Below are positions 56,556 to 64,000 of a stretch of DNA of 64,000 nucleotides, piece after piece. Source of the stretch: Chrysomallon squamiferum. Taxonomy: Eukaryota; Animalia; Mollusca. Every line of letters begins with the position of its first letter. The first letter of the stretch is position 1. The stretch is from NCBI GenBank assembly GCA_012295275.1, contig CM022673.1, positions 10,478,001 to 10,542,000 on the forward strand, given 5' to 3'. Position numbers and translations under genes: made by a program. The notes beneath the pieces were generated by a model. It was not told the origin of the DNA. It searched no databases and worked only from the letters and a program-made list of their open reading frames with translations.

Positions 56556-59500
56556 AAATGACAAAGACAGATAATGAGAGCATCAGAGAGAGAAATCTGT
56601 TTTTACACATAATTTTGTAATTACATCTTTTTAAGGAAGAGAATATGAAAAAAAGAGAATGAATCAGAAAATTAAAAAATAAGAAAGAAATAGCAAATAC
56701 CTGTGTATATAAATGTAATAATACATCTACTATCATCATTATTCTTCCCTTTTCTTAATTTTACAACCAAATTTTAACTATGATTATTACAGTGAGATGG
56801 TGTTGTTCCATCATTCTTTAATGATTTCAAACAACATTAGTAAGTATTGAATATTGTTAAGATTATAAATACATAAGACCATGTAACTTTTATTTATTAT
56901 TTCAAATAAAACTGCTTTGTTTGCTAACATACAAAATCATGCCATTTTTTTTTTTATTAATATTTCAAATTAAATTTGTTTCAAAGCGAAAAAAATTATT
57001 TGCTATATAAAATAACAGTATTTAATTTTTAATAATATTCATTAAGTTCACATAATTGTTACTCATTTCAAATAACACTAATTTCATACCATATCATATC
57101 ATATTTTCATTTTTATTTACTATTTTTAAATCACAAAATACTGAATTCTTAATAACATTTATCAAGTTTTGATTATTATTTTTAAATTATTTTTATTTAT
57201 TATATTTCAAATAACACTAATTTTATACCATTCAGATCAAGTGCATTTTATTTTTTTTATTTACCATTTAGAAATCACCGTTCTAAAAAAATATTTATTA
57301 CATTTTCCAATGCACGAGATAATTTAACTTACAGTTACCGTTTCCGGCTAACAGTGTTTAATTTCAAAAGCAGACCAGATCATATAATTTGTATTTAGTA
57401 TTTCAGATAACACTGTTTAGTTTGGAAAGACATGAAACCATATAATTTTCATGTGGGATCTCTTGACCTCTTCTGCAGCCTTCCTGCTGAACATGAATGC
57501 TGTTATTATGAAGCCATACACACTGGCAGTACATGGCATGCTATTCTGCAAGTGATGGCCAATATGCCACAAACTGCAGGTATTAATACCATCTGCCACA
57601 TGCTCCCTGTTTTTCTCCAACCATCAAGCCTGCAGAGTTGTCTTATTCTGGGTGGAACTCTTCAGTAAGAAGATTACTTAATGTCCAAACTTAGAAAGTT
57701 CACAAGAAAAGAAGATTAAAGCAAAGCAAAATGGTGAATGTTCCAAAGCAGAAAAGAAAAAAAAAAAATGTCAAAAATTTATGATATTATTTTTTTAAAG
57801 TCATGATTTGGATGTTAATTTTAATCTGTATTTTTGAATTTGTGATGTGCAATATTTGGAAATGCCTAAAATCAGTGGGTTTTTTATTGCATCTGATATG
57901 CAAGTCTAGATATGTAGTTTTATTAATACAGTATAAAGAATGAATGAATAAAATTATGACTATTTGCTTAATAATATTACTGCATATCCGTCTTATCAGC
58001 CAATGTACATATTTAAATATACATATGGATGTTTATTTATCTATATCAGCATACATGCGTCTGTGTGTATGTTCTATATATATATATATGAGAAAGAGAC
58101 ATTAATTATTTGAAATAAGCCCTATCATTTTATATGTAGTATGAAATGGCAAAAACACTGTGAACTCAAAACCATTTTAGAAATGAAGCCTGTTACCACA
58201 ACATTAAAACCTTTAGCAGCTAAGTATCTTTTACATTAGTTTTTACAACAAAAAAATATTTACAATAACAATAAAAACACTAAAAATTCTTTACTTTGAT
58301 ATTTTTTACAATTTCAAATAAATGTACTTGTGTCCAACAGATAAATATCTTTTAAAAAATACACAGGTTGTTCTTTTAGTAATCACTGTTATATTAATAA
58401 GCACCAGTTGCACTTTTACTGTATGCTAACATGATTTTAAAGTCCATCTATTATGCTTTTGTAGTTGTATATTATTCTTTAAAAAATTCTTATTGCTATT
58501 TTATTATTAGCCTTCTTTATAAATTATAAATTATGCTTTTACTGAATCCATTATCTCTGTATCTTTAAGCATCACCACCAAACTGGTTATAGCCCCAGGT
58601 AAAGGCAAAAATTTGGTTTGATATTGAAAAATCAGATGAAATCCAGGCATCACACACTAAACTGATGAAAATGATTCAATATTCCAGAGATTCTGCTGTA
58701 ACTGGGTACTAATATGGAAGTTAATATCATAACCACTGTGAGGTCACAAAACGTATTCAACAGGTTAATAACAAACATATTATTCATTTAAGTTATGATT
58801 TTACAGGTCTGGAGTAATGCTTTTAATGCCATACAAGTTATGTTCTTAATAAACATTAAAGATTCTTATATTACAGCTTTCCATAAGACACTAAATTATT
58901 AAACCTTTTTTTTTTCCTTTCTTAATATTTGAAGAAAAAAAAAGTTTTGAATTCCAAAAAATAATTTATTAATCATTATTCAGTTTTTTCTTCTTTCTTA
59001 ATTTTCCAGGATGATCAAAAATCTTTTATTCAGATCCAAATTCAAACATAAAAAATAATAATAATAATAAAAAAAAGGAAAGAAAGAAATTAGTTCTTGA
59101 AAACAAATTAAAATTTATAACAACTGATGTGTATCTGACATTAGAACTTAGAGTTAAGGCAATATCTGAACAGAATAATAATTAAAAATATACATTACAG
59201 TAACAATAATTTTAAAAATATATTAACACTTCTTAAATGACAAATATTCATTTTTTTTTTTTTTTTTTTTTTATTATTATTATTATTAATATTATAATAT
59301 TTAAAAAAAATATATTTATAGTTATTTATTTAAATATTTTAGTTGTTTTGTTTTTTATAAAATATAGATACAGTACAGTATCATCAGTGCTACAACTATG
59401 TTGGTTGTTTTCAGCGAATAGCAATAAAGATTCATTTACATGTATCTTCTCACAAACAGCAGAGCTCAAAATATTGGGTTTTGATTAATCAGTTCTGGGA

Positions 59501-59719
59501 AGCTGGTTGGAACGGAATATAGTTCTGTATATGCTGTGAGCAGGTTTAACCTTGTGAAACATCATCTCTCAAACTTTCAACTATTAGTAATGAGTTATTG
59601 CTCATCCATAAAACACAATTTTTATTATTTTTTGATGAATCTTGTTTTGTTTTGTTGTTGCCAAAAGACTTGTAATATTTTGGCATAATAACAAAAGCAG
59701 AGGAAATCCAAGCAATTGA

Positions 59720-60120
59720 GAAAAAATTAACTTGTAAAGAAATATAATGTCTACTAAAACTGAAGAAAGAAGAAGAAAAAAAAGAAGAAGAAAAGAAGAA
59801 AAACGAAAAAAAGAAACAAAAGAAGAAAAGATAGTTTACTTGTAAACAAAGATGAAATAAACCAAAATTGAAGAAAGAAGAAAAGAAAAAGATTCACTTT
59901 TAACAACAGATAAAACAGATTAAAATTGACAAAAGAAAGAAGAAAAAGGAAAGAAAATGTACTGATAAAGAAAAATAAAACTAAAACTGAAGAAAGAAGA
60001 CTGAGGAAAAAGATGAAAAAGAAAAGAGCAATTTACTTGTAAACAAATGCAAAAAAAAGACTGAAACTGAAGAAAGAAGAATTAAAAAATAAAAAATTAG
60101 AAAATAACAAGAACTAAAAC
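59720..60120. repeat. Degenerate A-rich tandem repeat
   Basis: Recurring CTAAAACTGAAGAAAGAAGA and TTTACTTGTAAACAAA units. Confidence 0.7.
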
Positions 60121-60516
60121 AAATAATATTCATACACAACCATGTTCCTTATGAGTCAAAAATAAAATTGAAATGATTTTACAAAAATAGCAATACTTGC
60201 ACATTCTATAAACAATACTGTTGTGAAACTATTAAAACTATAAACAATACTATTAAAACAGTGGTAATATTTTTCCAAAACAATCCACCATACTGCACAT
60301 CTTTACAAAATTAAACAAAAAAAGGTGTCAGTCAGCGAGCACATGTACAGATTCCACATCCTCGAACACAAACAGACCCATATTTAAATTCTGTTAAGAA
60401 AATAAATTTGGGATATACATAGTTTACAGATCTGGGCTTTTTTTTCTTTTTTCTTTCTTTCTTCTTCTGAATAAACACAAGAGGAAGCTCAAACACAAAA
60501 CAACACAAACAAACAC

Positions 60517-60552
<36 letters not shown>

Positions 60553-60581
60553 GATTATTATTATTATTATTATATACGTAC

Positions 60582-60659
60582 CTCGCGTCTTCGCCATCGC
60601 GGCAGAGTTGGATAGTACATATACGGGTAATTGGGGTAACCATGGCGACGGTAATCCAT
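60582..60659 (-). CDS. PPFIBP: Candidate alternative first coding exon V1 (MDYRRHGYPNYPYMYYPTLPRWRRRE)
   Basis: Start context ataATGg; in-frame TGA upstream at 60683-60681; CpG-rich patch in a CpG-poor window; phase-0 donor gag|gtacgt compatible with exon A. Confidence 0.7.
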
Positions 60660-61639
60660 TATGATGTAAACACTTGTTTTTCAAACTGTCTCCATGCTGA
60701 GATGTAATCCGACAAAATTACACAGACGAGTCCAAAGCAGCAAATACTCTTCACAGACTAAGTTACCTGAACACTTGTGTAGCTGCATTTTTCTGCAAAG
60801 TGTGGAAATTTGATTTCTATTTCCCTTGCAGCTGCTGGAAATTCCAAAGAATATGTGTACAATACAAAAAAGGATCTTTTGTTCTTAATTTATTAATATT
60901 ATTTCTCTCTTCAATGTCTTGATTAAGCTTTAAAAAGACACAGGCTTTTTGGTAACGGCACAAAAATCTGGTGCATGAAAAAAAGACATACAAGATATAT
61001 TCAGTTTAACATCACACAGTGTAAAACTATATCTGCATTTTCCACTGTTTCACTCAACACAGTTATTTCTCCGAGATGTAACTGACAAACTCTCTTCATC
61101 TCTCCCTCTTTTCATTCCAGAGTAATATACTTTACTTGTAAAAAAAAACACTCCCACCTCTCCTTTTACTATTCAGTAATTACTTTTCTCTGTAAATACT
61201 CTCTATTCATTCCTGAATGTTTATCCCTTTTTTACTATTCAGTAAATGCTTTCCTTTTTTTCAGAATGATTCCAACTACTCTCCTTCTTCCTGAATAACT
61301 GTTTCAGTGATTGCTCTCCTTTTTCCTGAATAACTGTTTCAATAAATGCTCTCCCTCATTGTTGAATAATTAACCTATGTAAAAAAAAGAGTAAAATTTC
61401 TTCTTCCTGAAACTTCTCCTTACATTCCTGAACAATCAGGAGTAAATAATCTTCCTCTTTCTTCCTGAATAATTGCACTCCACTTCTCAGCAAGTATTCT
61501 TGAATAATACCACTTATCTCTCTCTCTCTCTCTTCTCACTCACTCTCTCACGTTCTGAGCAAATTCACTTTTTTTTCTCTCTCTCAGCTATGCTCTTTCT
61601 GTTCAATAATAAATTCTCTCTCTTTCTCTTTTTCTCTCT

Positions 61640-61890
61640 CTGAGATTGTGGAAGTTCAGAGTGATTAAGTACGGGTAATGAGCATACATCAGGAGAGACA
61701 TTCTATTAGCAGCAGATTATCTCCCATGCTGGAAGCAGACGGACTGCAGTAAGACAGCAGACGCGAGATTTCTCCTCAGACGGCAGTAAACACTAGCAGA
61801 CACAGCCTAGCAATCGGAAGTGAATGGAACTCATGTGTCTACCACCAGCTTGATCCGTCATTTATGCTAGTGCAGAGATTGGTTTTCTCT
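61640..61890 (-). promoter_or_regulatory. Candidate promoter region for exon V1
   Basis: CpG-containing patch ~1 kb upstream of the V1 ATG, with an ETS-type CGGAAGT (61815-61821) and a forkhead GTAAACA (61786-61792). The transcription start cannot be determined. Confidence 0.3.
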
Positions 61891-61957
61891 CTGATTGTGC
61901 AGTTTTACGAATTACTGTGTAGTTGTCTATGTGTTATTTGTGTATGTATATAGTTTT

Positions 61958-62009
<52 letters not shown>

Positions 62010-62727
62010 TTTGTAACAGAGTGTATTTATATATGTGTATTAATGTGTGTGTCCCCATAATAATATATATCAATGACTGCAGTACAAAAAAATGCTGGTA
62101 TGCATGTTATGTGTAAATATTTGTGTATATTTTTTATTTTATAAACAATACCTTTACCCATTCCAAACACTGACCATGAATTAACAAAACATTTTTTTTA
62201 CTAATGCTATAAACAAAATACCAAATGGCTTGTCAGTATTAATTCTGCAAACATTACAAACAATTTACACCAACGTGCAGGTGTGCAGGTAAAATGTTTT
62301 ACCTGCTGATTATGGTATTTTTGGCAGGTATGTCTGCACCTGGCATGCTGTTTGGGTATATCTGCTTCCATTCATTAAACAATACATACTCTGTCCACAG
62401 AACAGCGACCAAGCAGTGATTTATGAATAAAAATAAGAATCGGGTATTTTAGTAATCTTATTACACACAAGGAACATTGAACCTGCATCATATTTATTTA
62501 TTTATAATGTAATGGCTTTTTTCTTTCTCTTTCTGTCTTTTCTTTTCTCATTTCCTCTCTTATTTAAGCACACACACACACTTACATACATACATATGTT
62601 TAGACAAACAGGCACACACACAAATATTCAGAAACATACACATATTACTAAAACTCACTTAAATTCATACTTCACAAGTAATTTTCATTTACACTACATG
62701 CTTCCCAGACACATTTACACACACACA

Positions 62728-62798
<71 letters not shown>

Positions 62799-64000
62799 AT
62801 ACACATATTCAGATACATGTCACACATACTTAGGCACACACACACACACATGCATGCACACATACACATATTCACACACACACACACACACACACTCTTT
62901 CAAACACAATTACACATACATGCAGACACACATTCAGATGCACACACATGTATGTATTCACATATGCAGACAAAGGTTACAGAGTTCTTTGAAATAATAC
63001 TGCTTTCAGTTACTCTGGAACTCTTTAAACCACTGCTATCACAGATCTCAAACACTGTGTCAATAAACAAACTCTAAAAAGAAAAAAAAAAGGAAAAATA
63101 TACAAGGAAAAAGAAAAGTTAAAAACAGAAGAAAAAGAAAGAATTGAGAGTGAAAAGCAAAATGTAGAAGGAAAACCAAACAAGAAATGATTCAATATTT
63201 TTTAAAAAAAAAAAGCCAAAAAAAATAAAAAATAAAAAATAATAAAAAATTAAATTTAAAAAGTAATAGAAAATAAAAATAAATAAATAATTTTTTTTTT
63301 TTTTTTTTTTATAAAGAGAATTTAAAAAATAATATATTTTTTTAAATATTGACTGATTAGAAATAAATACAATAGCTTCCTGCTGACAAAACCAGATCAC
63401 ATCAACATGTTTGTTTTAAGCTGGTGTCAAAAAATAGAAATGTCAAATAACTGAAGAAAATAAAAAAGAAGAAAAAGAAGAATAAGATGAAAAAAAAAGA
63501 AAAAGATGAAAAAAAAAAAAAGAAAGAAAGAAAAAAAAAAAAAAAAGGAAAATAAAAACAAAACAGAAAAATAATTCAATGTAATAAAAAAAAAAAATAA
63601 TTAAAAGTTCTCTGTCAATAAAGAAACACTAAAGGTAAAAAAAAATAAAAAAATAAAAAAGAGAAAAATAAGGAAAAGGAAAAGAAAGTAAGAATATAAA
63701 ATGAAAATCAGGACATTGTGACAAACAGTTTTCATTTTACAGACTGAGTTACGTTTATTAAAACAAAACCAAAAACATTTTAAATAACACAAACAAACAA
63801 GCAAGCCCCTTGAGTAAACTGAAATTGAAAAACTACACAAAAAGTAGAAACAGAAACACAAATTTGCAGGAGAAAATATCTCACAACCAACAACATATCA
63901 AGAAAAGCAAGCTCTCTACCAATGTCACAATGCACTGAACAGAAATATTTAAACTGTCATATCCACAGTTTAATATTCCAGCCTTGTTTGGAATGGGAAA

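Noticed and set aside
57417-57668. GC-richer patch with short ORFs on both strands
   Set aside because: No recognisable protein similarity or convincing splice signals; probably a decayed repeat or regulatory patch.

Overview
This is very AT-rich, microsatellite-dense animal genomic DNA, probably invertebrate and possibly molluscan (inferred, not proven). The whole window lies inside one minus-strand gene, a liprin-beta (PPFIBP1/2-type) orthologue. Four GT-AG exons from its N-terminal coiled-coil region join in frame: 36140-35949, 4129-3998, 1587-1479 and 348-286. The canonical first exon and the SAM-domain exons are not in the window. Almost all ORFs in the supplied track are microsatellite or low-complexity artefacts. 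The main finding is a series of candidate alternative first coding exons in the large introns, at about 60.6, 51.7/47.7 (duplicated), 42.7, 28.2, 26.9, 18.9 and 14.2 kb. Each has an upstream in-frame stop, an ATG and a phase-0 donor. Each could splice in frame onto one of two phase-0 entry exons and give a different N-terminus, including a myristoylation-type one (MGNASAKE), a di-cysteine one (MERCC) and Arg/Tyr-rich ones. Also present are a ~4 kb near-identical tandem duplication, a foldback-like element, several RFX X-box motifs and many degenerate tandem repeats. No transcript evidence was available, so the alternative exons are predictions.
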